Position numbers and translations under genes: made by a program. Positions 12,464 through 24,656 of a DNA stretch of 64,000 bases are shown one piece after another. The DNA is from Octopus sinensis. Taxonomy: Eukaryota. Position 1 is the first letter of the stretch; every line of letters begins with the position of its first letter. The notes below the pieces were generated by a model. It did no database searches. It worked only from the letters and a program-made list of their open reading frames with translations, and had not been told where the DNA came from. The stretch covers positions 131,254,001-131,318,000 of the forward strand of contig NC_043000.1 in the NCBI RefSeq assembly GCF_006345805.1, read 5' to 3'.

Positions 12464-13269
12464 TCTTCAAACTTTATCTGACTGTTGAATATAATGTTTC
12501 AAGGAAATGCTGTTTAAAAACTGCCAAGTAGATGTAATAGCCATATAGAAGTTTACATGACAAATGTATATCTGTATACAATTCTAAAAAACAAAAATGT
12601 AAAAAAATAAGGTAATATGTAAAGATTTTGTTAGTTGAGATATATCTTTATCAGGTGTGGAATAGGTCTAACATAAAATCTGGTTTAATAGTATGCTTTT
12701 AGTCTCTGATGTCTCCTGTGGAGTTCATTCTGTTGCAAACATTTAGACCAAACACACAGTTCACTCCTTCCCTAAACTGCTGATATCAATTTCACTAATC
12801 TTGATGGAGGTTTATGAACAGCATTGACTCAGGCACCTCATCACTTGCTCTCTTTTACTCATTTACTATTCAGCTGCTGTGGATAAGCAAGCTGAATAAA
12901 AATCTGTTATGTGCTACACAAACAGTATCAGATTTTATCCAGTTGGGTGGCTATTTGCGACATCAGTGACTGTTTATTCACTATTTTACCATGTATCAGT
13001 TACAATAGATTTCATCTAAGAATGCAGTTGGCTGTGAGTACATGTTATTGACAAAGCTTAACAAGGCAGAAATGCATCAAATGTACTCACTAGCCACAGC
13101 AGGAATGATTTTTGTTTGCACCCTTTATGCGTTGTGTATTTTTAAATACAACATGGCCGTAAGAGATATTTTTTCCAGATGAATACTGCAGTAAATTTGC
13201 TATACACGATGTCTTTACATTAAGTATGATATACAGATGGCTATTTTAATCTATTACCACTTCTGTGAA

Positions 13270-14223
13270 TAAGAATAGCCAGAGCAAAGTTCAGAGAGGT
13301 CCTACCTCTGCTGGTAACAAAGGGTCTCTTGCTAAGAGTGAAAGGTAGACTGTATGACACATGTGTGCAAACAGCCATACTACATGTCAGTGAAACATGG
13401 GCTGTAACTGCTGAGGACATGCATAAGCTTGCAAGAAATGAAGCTAATATGCTCCGCTGGATGTGTAATGTCAGTGTACATACACAACAGAGTGAAAGCA
13501 CCCTGAGAGAAAAGTTGGAATTAAGAAGCATCAGATGTGGTGTGCAAGAGAGACAACTGCGTTGGTATGGTCATGTGTTATATATAGATGAGGACAGCTG
13601 TGTAAAAAAGTGTCACACCCTAACAGTGGAGGGAATCTGTGGAAGATGTAGACCCAGGTAGACCAGGGATGAGCTGGTGAAACATGACCCTTGAATGTTG
13701 GGCCTCACAGAGGCAATGACAAGTAACCAAGACCTTTGAAGATACACTGTGCTTGAGACTCAAGTGAGACTGTAGCTATAGCCTCTGTGACACAAGAGTG
13801 TCGCATAACTTGCCCATTTAAGAGTACCCTTCAATCATTGGGCAATGAGAAGACCTGTTGAGTCAAGTGAGATCATTATCATGGATGATGCCAGTACCGC
13901 CTGACTTGCACCCATGCTGGTGGCACATAGGAAGCACCATTTGAGTGCGGTTGATGCTAGTTCCACTGGACTGGCTCCCATGCCAGTGGCACGTTAAAAG
14001 CACCATTCGAGAGTGGTCATTGCCAGTGCCACTTAACTGGCTCTCGTGCTGGTGATACATAAAAAAATCCACCCACTACACTCTCAGAGTAGTTGATGTT
14101 AGGAAGGGCATCCAGCTGTAGAAACCTTACCAGATCAGACTGGAGCCTGGTGCAGCCTCCTGGCTTGCCAGTCGTCAGTCAAACCATCCAACCCATGCTA
14201 GCATGGAAAGTGGACGTTAAACA

Positions 14224-14267
<44 letters not shown>
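13270..14267 (+). mobile_element. 5'-truncated RTE LINE: ORF C-terminus, 3' UTR and (GAT)n tail
   Basis: RVKGRLYDTCVQTAILHVSETW...RQLRWYGHV, then the abundant 3' UTR repeat, ending GGACGTTAAACAATGATGATG. Confidence 0.88.
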
Positions 14268-15031
14268 ACATTCATGTATGTATATGACTATTATCATTGT
14301 TTTACATCTGCTTTCTATACTGGCATAAATTAGATGAGTTGTGCTTGTCTGACTCAGTTCTAATTCAAAGTGACTGATGAATGATTGAGAGACCACATTT
14401 GGTTTATTTATTTTAGCAGAGTTTCTATGCTGTATGTCCTTTCTAACACCAGCCACTTTACAAAGTGTACCAGGTGCATTTTATTGTGGCAATAACACTA
14501 GAGAGGTCCTCATATGCTTAACAAGCCAACACTAAAAAATCCTATAAACCCCATACTCTCTCTGCTTGTTCACCAGTTATGTTACTTAAAATACTGGATG
14601 CATTTTATTGTGGCACTAGTGATAGAGAATTTACCATGTACCCCACAAGACAAAAAGTTCACATTTGCTCAGTGTTGTCTCTGCTCATCCAGATCAACAC
14701 GACCAATTGATTGGGCAAAACAGAAGGTGAACTCGGGTTAGAGAGCATTATGCATAACAATGGGATTGTACAGAATCTCATCTGTAAGGTATGTGTACAT
14801 AATGAGTTGAAACAATCATAGTGGTTCTGAATAAAGAATCATATGAGTTCCATTCTCTGTCTCTCATTTTTTTATGTATAAACATAGAAACACATATCTA
14901 CATATGTATACACATATATGTATATACTTAAATGTATGTACATATATATGTATACACATATATATACATACTTATGTATGCACACACACACACATGTTTA
15001 TACACATTTATATACATATATATAAATACGC

Positions 15032-15080
<49 letters not shown>

Positions 15081-15111
15081 CTGCCATGTTGATTCATTAG
15101 CTCCTGCATGC

Positions 15112-15290
15112 ATTTTTTTTCTCTCCTTGTTTCTCCCCGTGTTTCTTTTCTGTGTATCTTTCTGTTGAAGAGCGTAGGCTCGAAACGTAAAAAACTTGTT
15201 TTATTTCTATTCCTGAGCACCATACAAATACAATTGTTTGTTTGTACTCCACCTGCCTTCGTCTTTTGTTTATTTTCGTAAAGCTTCCTG
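15112..15290 (+). repeat. Penelope pLTR-like repeat with hammerhead-like core, second copy
   Basis: TCTTTCTGTTGAAGAGCGTAGGCTCGAAACGTAAAAA, colinear with 9243-9400. Confidence 0.65.
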
Positions 15291-15334
15291 TTATATATAT
15301 ATACACATATGTGTATATATATATATCCATAAAC

Positions 15335-15387
<53 letters not shown>

Positions 15388-15460
15388 TGTGTGTATTTAT
15401 ATAAATATTATATAAATAGAGTTAGATAAATCCAGTTTATTCTATAAACCGGACTTTTAT

Positions 15461-15580
15461 AATATAACTTTTATATTATATAATATATTATATAATATAA
15501 CTTTTATATTATATAATATATTATAAAATATAACTTTTATATTATATAATATATTATATAATATAACTTTTATATTATAT
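15461..15580 (+). repeat. 33-bp AT-rich minisatellite, ~3.6 copies
   Basis: AATATAACTTTTATATTATATAATATATTATAT repeated. Confidence 0.9.
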
Positions 15581-15648
15581 ACTGCTCTATAACTTACAGT
15601 CCGCTTCTTTTTCAGATTTATGCTTTACTGATGATATATATATATATA

Positions 15649-16380
15649 TCTCGGTGTGAAAGTATAGAAGCTCTTGTGTTAAAGCAAAGGCTCAGATGGA
15701 GTGGTCATCTGGTCAGAATGAAGGATTCAAAGATGCCTAAACAACTCTTTTATGGAGAGTTAGCTAAAGGAGAATGACCTCCACATAAACCAAAAAAGAG
15801 GTATAAGGACTTGCTGAAGGCTTCCTTGAGAGATGCTTGCATCTCTCCTGACCCATGGGAAGGCATAGCTATTGATCGTAGCAGGTGGAGAAGGATTGTG
15901 CATGAGGGGACAGCCACGTTTGAGAAATCTCGAGTTGCACATGAGAAAGTAAGGAGGGATGTCAGGAAGGGCATCGCTGTTACACTTCTAGAAGGGAAGG
16001 GTCTTCCTTTGATTCTGACATGCAATGTCTGTGCAAGATCCTGCCACAGTAAAGCTGGACTCATGAGTTATCTTCATAAAACGAGACAGATGAGTGACAA
16101 CCTGGCCACTGGTGGTGGTGGTGGTGTAACACACCATACTAATCATATCTGTCGGGCATGTGGAAGAGAGTGTAATTCAGCAGGAGGACTTAAACGACAT
16201 GCAAGGGTACATGAAGCCCAGTTACAACTACAGCCGGCTATTACCAGTAAAGGCTTTAGTTGCCAATTTTGTACAAGACATTGTATATCTTTAGCTGGGC
16301 TAAAAAGTCACATTCGATCACAGCACCAGTAACAGTTAAGCTTCATGCAATGGCCATACTCGATAACAAGGGGGCAGCCA
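15649..16380 (+). mobile_element. RTE (BovB-like) LINE 3' fragment whose ORF ends in three C2H2-type zinc fingers
   Basis: QRLRWSGHLVRMKDSKMPKQLFYGEL...KRYKDLLK...DRSRWR. One TGA at 15775, otherwise open to 16332. Followed by an (ATGT)n tail. Confidence 0.88.
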
Positions 16381-16864
16381 TAATGTATGTATGTATGTAT
16401 GTATGTATATGCATGTTTGTATGTATGTATATGTATGTATGTATATACATGTATATGTATGTACATATGTATATGTATCTACATATATATATATATATCA
16501 TCATCATCGTTTAACGTCCGTTTTCCATGCTAATATGTATATGTTATACCACACGTTCAGACACCTTCTACTCTACTCCTCCGACTGCTACTCAACTCTG
16601 TTTTCAACTACTCTACTCTGTTCTAGTCTACATTGACGTCTAGACATCTCCTTCTATATCTATGTATTGGGCAAGTCTACGTCATTGTCTGGGGGCATCC
16701 ACACAGCAGTATATATATATATCATCATCATCATCATTTAATATATGATGATGATGATGATATATATATATTGTTGCATTTGGGGATGGTCATGTTGCCA
16801 GTTTAGCCAATAAAAACACACACACTATATATTTGTTGTTCATTAGTTTCAGCTTTATGTTATA

Positions 16865-17218
16865 CTAGCACTATGACCCGGCAATGCCGGGTCATAGTGC
16901 TAATGCATGCATATACAGCTGCGTGCATGCACACATACACGTGAGTACAGTCCAAATCTCTGACCAATCACATACAGCTAGCTGGTATTCAATTGGCATA
17001 TCAAATTTCGGGCATTTTCAATGAGTTTTGGATAGAAAATTCACTTCTATTGATTTTTTAATGGCTTTGCACGGTGACTGGGGAAATGTAAAGATATGCA
17101 CGACCACCCTTGGACAGTTTTGAATGACCATAGAAAGTGCGAGCCTTCTAAGTAAAAAATTGTGGATTTGTATACAGGACACACACACAGACATTTTGCC
17201 GTTTATATATGTAGAGAA
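16865..17218 (-). mobile_element. Non-autonomous Helitron-like element
   Basis: Minus strand starts TTCTCTACATATATAAACGGCAAAATGTCTGTGTG and ends in a GC hairpin then CTAG|T. Shares its 5' end with 56389-57180. Confidence 0.8.
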
Positions 17219-18141
17219 TATTCGTATTTCAGCCAGAGTCATTTCATCACACTTCTGTGACCTCCTCAGTGGTCCTTGCTTTCTTCTTTCTTTTTTGTGT
17301 GTTTTCCTTACTAATGGTCAGCCATTTTGTATTCCTATTGTGTCTTTGTTTGTGCATGCATATACCCCTGTGTGTGTGTATGTATGTTTATGTAAGTATA
17401 TATACACATATGTGTATATATATGTATATATTTGTGTTTCTATATATGAATATATATATATGTATGAACATGTATATATATATATATGTGTGTGTGTGTA
17501 TGTATGCATATATGTGTATACATATATACACATACATTTAAGTATATACATATATGTGTATACATATGTATATACGTGTTTCTATGTTTATACATAACAG
17601 AGTAAAACACTGCTTATGCATGTATACGTATAAGCATGTGTGAATACAGATGTGTATATCTATACACATTCATTCATTTACACACACACACACACACATA
17701 TATGTACATATATATATATGTAAATACACACACACATCATTTAGTAGAACAATCATTTTCCTTTTTTATATTTCTTAACTTATTCAAAATACAAATACAA
17801 ATTAGTGGTTCTTGGAAATTATAGAAAAAATGGTTACAGGTAATATAATGTACAATTAAAACACTTACCTGTGAAATGGATTTAATACTCTTTGGTTTGT
17901 TTCTTTTCTATACACTATTTCTATCACTTAATGGTGACGTGTGCATATATATCAACATAACAGAGAGTAAAACACTGCTTATGTATGTATATATGTATAG
18001 ACATGTGTGATTATAGGTATGTATATCTATACCCATTCATTCATTTACATACACACACATCCATCTACAATGGACATTAAATGTTGATGATGATGATATA
18101 CTGTACTTATACATACATATGTATATATGTATGTATGCATG

Positions 18142-18172
<31 letters not shown>

Positions 18173-20476
18173 TTATCTATACACATGAAAGCCAGGACCA
18201 CAAACGGCTTTTAATTGATGCATTCCATTAAGTTTATATCTTGCCAGTAAGATCTGATTAAGATTACCTGTGGCAGGTTGTAACATGTCTAGATTTATAT
18301 ACATAAGTAGCCTGTGTATGTTATATTGTTGACAGATACTATTTGGAAATTCCTGAGAATTGTCCTACATGAAATTTTTATGTGCGAGGGGTGAAGAAAT
18401 ATGAGTGAACTGGCAGAATCATTAGAGCATTCAATATAATTCCTTGCAGTATTTGTTATAGCCATTTATGTTTTGAGTCCAAATTGGATCAATGCCAACA
18501 TCGTCTTTGACTATCCATCTAGAACTGGGTTGGGGGTTGATAAAAATAATGCACCAACTAAGTAATGAGATTAGTTAAATTCACTGATACTTCAAGCAAG
18601 AGACTGTCTCTGAGATTCTCATGTGAATTTTCATAGTGCTATTTGTGTGTTAAGGGGAGATAAGGATATAAACCTCAAACAGCTGCAGTATTTCTGTGAG
18701 GAGTAGCAATTCATTTATACATATATATTCTTTAATCTTAATTGTTTTACGTGCAGGTGGCACATAAAATGCACCAATCCGACCGTGGCCGATGCCAGCC
18801 TCGCCTGGCTCCAGTGCAGGTGGCACGTAAAAAGCACCCACTTCACTCACGGAGTGGTTGGCATTAGGAAGGGCATCCAGCTGTAGAAACATTGCCAGAT
18901 AAGACCGGAGCTTGGTGCAGCCTTCTGTCTTCCCCGATCCCCGGTCGAACCGTCCAACCCATGCTAGCATGGAGAACGGACGTTAAACGATGATGATGAT
19001 GATGATGATTTGACTGTGGCCATGTTGGAGTACTACCTTAAAGGGTTTTAGTCAAACAAATCAACCCCAGAACCTATTCTTTGTAAGCCTAGTACTTATT
19101 CTATTGGTCTCTTTTGCCAAACTGCTAAGTTATAAGGACATAAGCAAACCAGCATCAGTTGTCAAGTGACAGTGAGGAGGCAAACACAGACACATAAATA
19201 TATACATATGTATGTGGCACGTAAAAAACACCATTTGAGTGTGGCTGTTGCCAGTGCCACCAGACTGGTCCTCGTGCCAGTGGCACATAATAGCACCCAC
19301 TACATTCTCAGAGTGGTTGGCATTAGGAAGGGCATCCAGGTGTAGAAACTGCCAGATCAGACTGGAGCCTGGTGCAGCCATCTGGTTCGCCAGTCCTCAG
19401 TCAAATCATCCAACCCATGCTAGAATGGATGGTGGACGATAAATGATGATGATGATATATATATATATATATATATATATTTGATGGGCTTCTTTCAGTT
19501 TCCATTTACCAAATCCACTCACAAGGCTTTGGTCAAATCGAGGTTTTTAGTAAAAAATACTTGCCCAAGGGGCCATGCAATGGGACTGAACCCAGAACCA
19601 TGTGGTTGGGAAGCAAACTTCTTACCACACAGCCACACCTGTGCCTACGCCATGCTTAAGAAGACCCATCAAGCCAAGTAAGATCATAGTTGTGGCCAAT
19701 GCCAGTGTTGCATAACTGCTTAGTAAAAAGCATCCTTCAAACATTGGGCAATATGCTGTGCTTGAAGAGACCTGTCAAGCTGAGTGAAATCATAGTCATG
19801 GCCAGTGCCAGTGCCATCTGACTGGTACCCATGCTGGTGGCATGTAAAAAGCACAGTTTGAGCACTGGGCCTCACAGAGGCAGCGACAGGCGACCAAGAC
19901 CTTTGACAATATACTGTGCCAGTGAAGAGCTGTCAAACCAAGTGAGATCATAGTTGTGGTGATGCTAGTATCTCATCAATGGCAGCCATGCCAATGGCAC
20001 ATTAATAGTACCCACTGCACTCTTGGAGTGGATGGTATTAGGAAAGGCATCCAGCTCTAGAAAATGTGTCAAATCAGATTGGAATCTGGTTCAGCTCCCC
20101 AGCTTACCAGTTTTCAGTCAAACTGTCTAACCCATGCCAGTATGGAAAGCAGATGTTAAATGATGATGATGATATATATATCATCATCATCATCATGATC
20201 GTTTAACGTCCGTTTTCCGCGCTAGCACGGGTTGGACGGTTCGACTGGGGTCTGGGAAGCCAGGGCTGCACCAGGCTCCAGTCTGATCTGGCAGTGTTTC
20301 TACAGCTGGATCCCTTCCTAACACCAACCACTCCGCGAGTGTAGTGGGTGCTTTTTACGTGCCACCTGCACAGGTGCCAGGGGGGGTCTGGCATCGGCCA
20401 CGATCGGTTGACACACACATACACACACACAGACACATACACATACACACATTCATATGGATACAGATAGATAGAT

Positions 20477-20514
<38 letters not shown>

Positions 20515-21589
20515 TATCGAATGCCTCTGTAGAAAGAAGAGTACTCTATATGGACAATAGAGCTGAATGTTATTAGGTTGTTCCGAAAATAATGACCGCT
20601 CTAAGTGTTGTGTTTTGAAACGCAATTTTATCATGGGGCTACAATAGAAGACATAGATGCTATGTAATGTGGCTGAACCCAGACCGCCTGGTTGGGAAGC
20701 AAACTTCTTAACCACACAACCACCCCTGATATCATCATTGCAATTTTAATAATCAACATGTAAACATTCATCATCATCATTATCGTCTTCATCATTTAAC
20801 GTCTGCTTTCCATGCTGGCATGGGTTGGACGGTTTGACTGAGCCAGAGGCTGCACCAGGCTCAATCTGGTCTGGCAAAGTTTCTACAGCTGGATGCCCTT
20901 CCTAACGCCAACCACTCTAAGAGTGTAGTGGGTGCTTTTTATGGGCCACCAGCATGGGAACCAGTCAGGCAGTTCTGGCAATGACCACCTTCATGCTCAA
21001 AAGGTGTTTTTATGTGCTACCTGCATGGGAGCCAGTCCGGTGGCACTGGCAACGACCATGCTCAAATGTTGTTTTTCACGTGCCACCAGCACATGTGCCG
21101 GTAAGGCGATGCTGGCAACGATCACGCTGAAATGGTGCCTTTCACGTGTCACCGGCACGGGATCCAATCCGTGGCCCGGGCAGCGGTCACATTCAGATGC
21201 ACTTTTAACATTCCACCAACAGTAGAAGTGCAAGAGAGCGATGTATATGTATTTGTGCATGTCACCTTTGTCGTCAACATCAATAGTTTTAATTGACATT
21301 GCATTCTTCTTAATCCTTCAGCTTAAAACCTAACAAGTCAATCACTTGTTTACAGCATAATTGTGGATTATAAGACATTATCTGAAGATCTGTGGAAGAT
21401 TAAAACTATAAGCTGTAATTTAATTTGAAGAACGTTCTGCTATTAAAATATTCTGCCCAGGGAAATTGAGTAATTAAAAAAGGGTGACCTCTTTTCATTT
21501 CCAAATACATTCAACAGTTAAAAATTTGTACTTATTAGAATATGTCCATACATCCTAACATTTCTTTTGCTACTGTTCTGATGCACACA

Positions 21590-21900
21590 TGCATGCGTAC
21601 ATACATACATACATACATACATACATACATACATACATGCATACATACATGCATACATACATACATACATACATACATACATGCATGCATACATACATGC
21701 ATACATACATACATACATACATACATACATACATACATACATACATACATACATACATACATACGTACGTACATGCATGCATGCATACATACATACATAC
21801 ATACATACATACATACATACATACATACATACATACATACATACATACATACATACATGCATACATACAAACATTCATACATACATACATACATACATAC
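21590..21900 (+). repeat. (CATA)n/(CATG) compound microsatellite
   Basis: Direct inspection. Source of several spurious MYVC/HTYI ORFs. Confidence 0.97.
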
Positions 21901-22250
21901 ATATGTTTGTACATATTACATACATAGATATATAGATAAATACATACATGCATGCATACACCCATCTGTCCATACATACATATATATGTACATACTTACA
22001 TATATACACATATACAAATGCACACACGTACATATGTATGTACACACAAACACACACACACATTTAGTATCATAGAGGCTCATTAATAACATGGCACTTT
22101 GTTTTATTTGCATATTATATTTCAGTAGATTTATTGCTGAACTTTCTAGTGTTTTAGTGAGATTACATTCCTACAAATGCACATACATATATTGCATGCA
22201 TGTACACACACCACACACACACACACACGCTCTAACTCTCTCTATTTCTA

Positions 22251-22286
<36 letters not shown>

Positions 22287-22666
22287 GCACACAAACACTC
22301 TCTCACATATACATACACATGTGTTTTGTTATACAAACAGGAAAAAGTATCCAATGTGTATATAGTAGATGGTTCACAGTGGGACTGAACCCGAAACCAT
22401 GTAGCTGAAAAGCAACATCCTTACCACACAGCTACTCTTGCGCCAACACATACACACAGATTTTGAACATAAACGTAGAAAGAAAAAAAACGTCTAGAGG
22501 GCGTTGTTTCTCCTAGTATGTTCAAATAGAGATTACTGAAATAATAGGATTTTTATAGTCTGTCCTTTGCTTGTCTGATAGGTAATTCTGTTGGATTTTA
22601 TATGATTTCCATTTCTTTGTTATTGAAAAAAATTTGGTCACGATAACAGGCTAGAGCAAAGTTTCT

Positions 22667-22745
<79 letters not shown>

Positions 22746-23305
22746 GTTCCTTTCCTATTTCTTCAATCCCTCTGCTCCCTACCTCTCTCTGTTCCTCCCA
22801 TGTGACCGGTGCTCAGCCAAGCATGATCTTTCTTTCTTGGTTTGACCCACGCTCACACAACACCTTATTTTCCTGTTTCCTGACTTTCACCTATGTTTAT
22901 TGTCACAAGGCTTCCACTTCCCATGCCAGCTTAACTTGTCCTTTCAGTGGAAAGACACCTTTTGTTATTCTTGTTGTTTGTATTTGTAATCTTGTAATAT
23001 TTTCTCTGTTTTCTTGTTTTTTTTGTCCATGTTGTCACACATATTCGCCCACGTTCTTCCAAAAATTTAATTCCCTTAGCTTAGATTTTTGGGGCCTACC
23101 AATTTTTAACAGTCTCAAGTGTAGCAGGCCAAAACTGTTGTGATAACTGGAAGCCTGACTGATGAATAGAAAGCCACGAATGTTCCCTCCTAGTTTTCCT
23201 GTCCGTCTTTGTATCGTTCATCTGTCTGTATGTTTTCATTGATGTTCGTTATGTTCTTGTTCCATTTTTTGGATATATATATGGATATATATATTTGGAT
23301 ATATA

Positions 23306-23890
23306 GGTGGTGAAGAACGACCTTCGCTCTTTAGGTCTCACCGAGGAAATGACCAGAGACCGAGACCTTTGGAAGTATGCTGTGCGTGAGAAGACCCGGC
23401 TGGACAAGTGAGGCCATAACCCATGGCTCCTACCTGGAACGTAGTCAGTGCACCTATGCATATCTTCCTTCTTGGGACACATAACTCTACTTGTGAAGAC
23501 CTGTTGAGGCAAGTGAAAATGGACAAAATCAAAAGCAAACTCGATGAACATTAATGGAATTTGTAGTTTTGTGATACCAGTGCCGGTGGCACATACGAAA
23601 ACCATCCGAACGTGGCCGTAGCCAGTACCACAGTGACTGGCCTCCGTGCCGGTGGCACGTAAAAAACACCATCCAAGCGTGGCCGTTCGCCAGCCTCGTC
23701 TGGCACCTGTGTCGGTGGCACATAAAATCACCCACTACACTCTCGGAGTGGTTGGCGTTAGGAAGGGCATCCAGCTGTAGAAACACTGCCAGATCTGACT
23801 GGCCTGGTGCAGCCTTCGAGCTTCCCAGACCCCAGTTGAACCGTCCAACCCATGCTAGCATGGAAAGCGGACGTTAAACGATGATGATGA
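23306..23890 (+). mobile_element. 5'-truncated RTE LINE (same family as 13270-14267)
   Basis: VVKNDLRSLGLTEEMTRDRDLWKYAVREKTRLDK* followed by the 3' UTR and GAT tail. Confidence 0.85.
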
Positions 23891-24374
23891 TATATATATT
23901 TATATATTGATTGATTGATTGTTAATAAAACATATACCAGAAAAAGAAGCACACTCTAAAGAATAGAGCAGTAAGTATTAAAACAAGAAGTTAAATTCTG
24001 GTCATAGAGTGACCAATGGTTTTTTATCCATGAAAGCTACAGACTTGTGGACAACCCATAAGACTCTATACAAAGACAAAATTTAACTTTCTACCTTGCA
24101 GGCATGAGGAAATGCTAGGATAACAAAGCTTGACAGTTAACCTATAAAGACGATAATGAGGAGAAGTTATCTCCCCTGGACCAGAGGATAAAAAACCTTT
24201 ACAATTTCCTAATAGCATAACCAACAAACAGGGAGATCCAATTTTCCAGTAGGTAGTGCTTGAAATGGACACATTTTGAGAAAATTTCTGTACAACTATT
24301 TAACATATTTAGCATAGTCCTTAAGAATTTTGGGTCTATCCACAATGCAGATTTTGTAACGACAACTCCCAATA

Positions 24375-24655
24375 ATACATTTTTTCACGCTGAGAGTTGC
24401 TGAAGCATGGAACAAACTGCCGGCATCAGTTGTTAGTTGTCGGAGCACTGCATCCTTCAAAACTTCCATGCTTCCTGAGATTCGCCAACACTACAACTTG
24501 ATTTTCTCCCCTCCATACACACAGAGGCATGTATCTGACTCATACATTGTTCGCTTTCCAGACATTTCTACATTACTGCATGTACTTTATATGCACTTTC
24601 TGACAAGTTGTGGTGCACCTGAGCACTGTATACAATAATTTCATTATTATATTAC
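24375..24655 (+). mobile_element. CR1-type LINE 3' fragment
   Basis: FFTLRVAEAWNKLPASVV motif plus 3' UTR and ATT tail. Confidence 0.85.
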
Positions 24656-24656
24656 A

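Noticed and set aside
21518-22113. Cluster of long MYVC/HTYI ORFs on both strands
   Set aside because: Translations of (CATA)n microsatellite; the same applies to ORFs at 14874-15429, 17124-17824, 38042-38611 and 43812-44042.
23159-23185. CUGAUGA hammerhead-like core
   Set aside because: No convincing stem II, stem III or stem I pairing around it.
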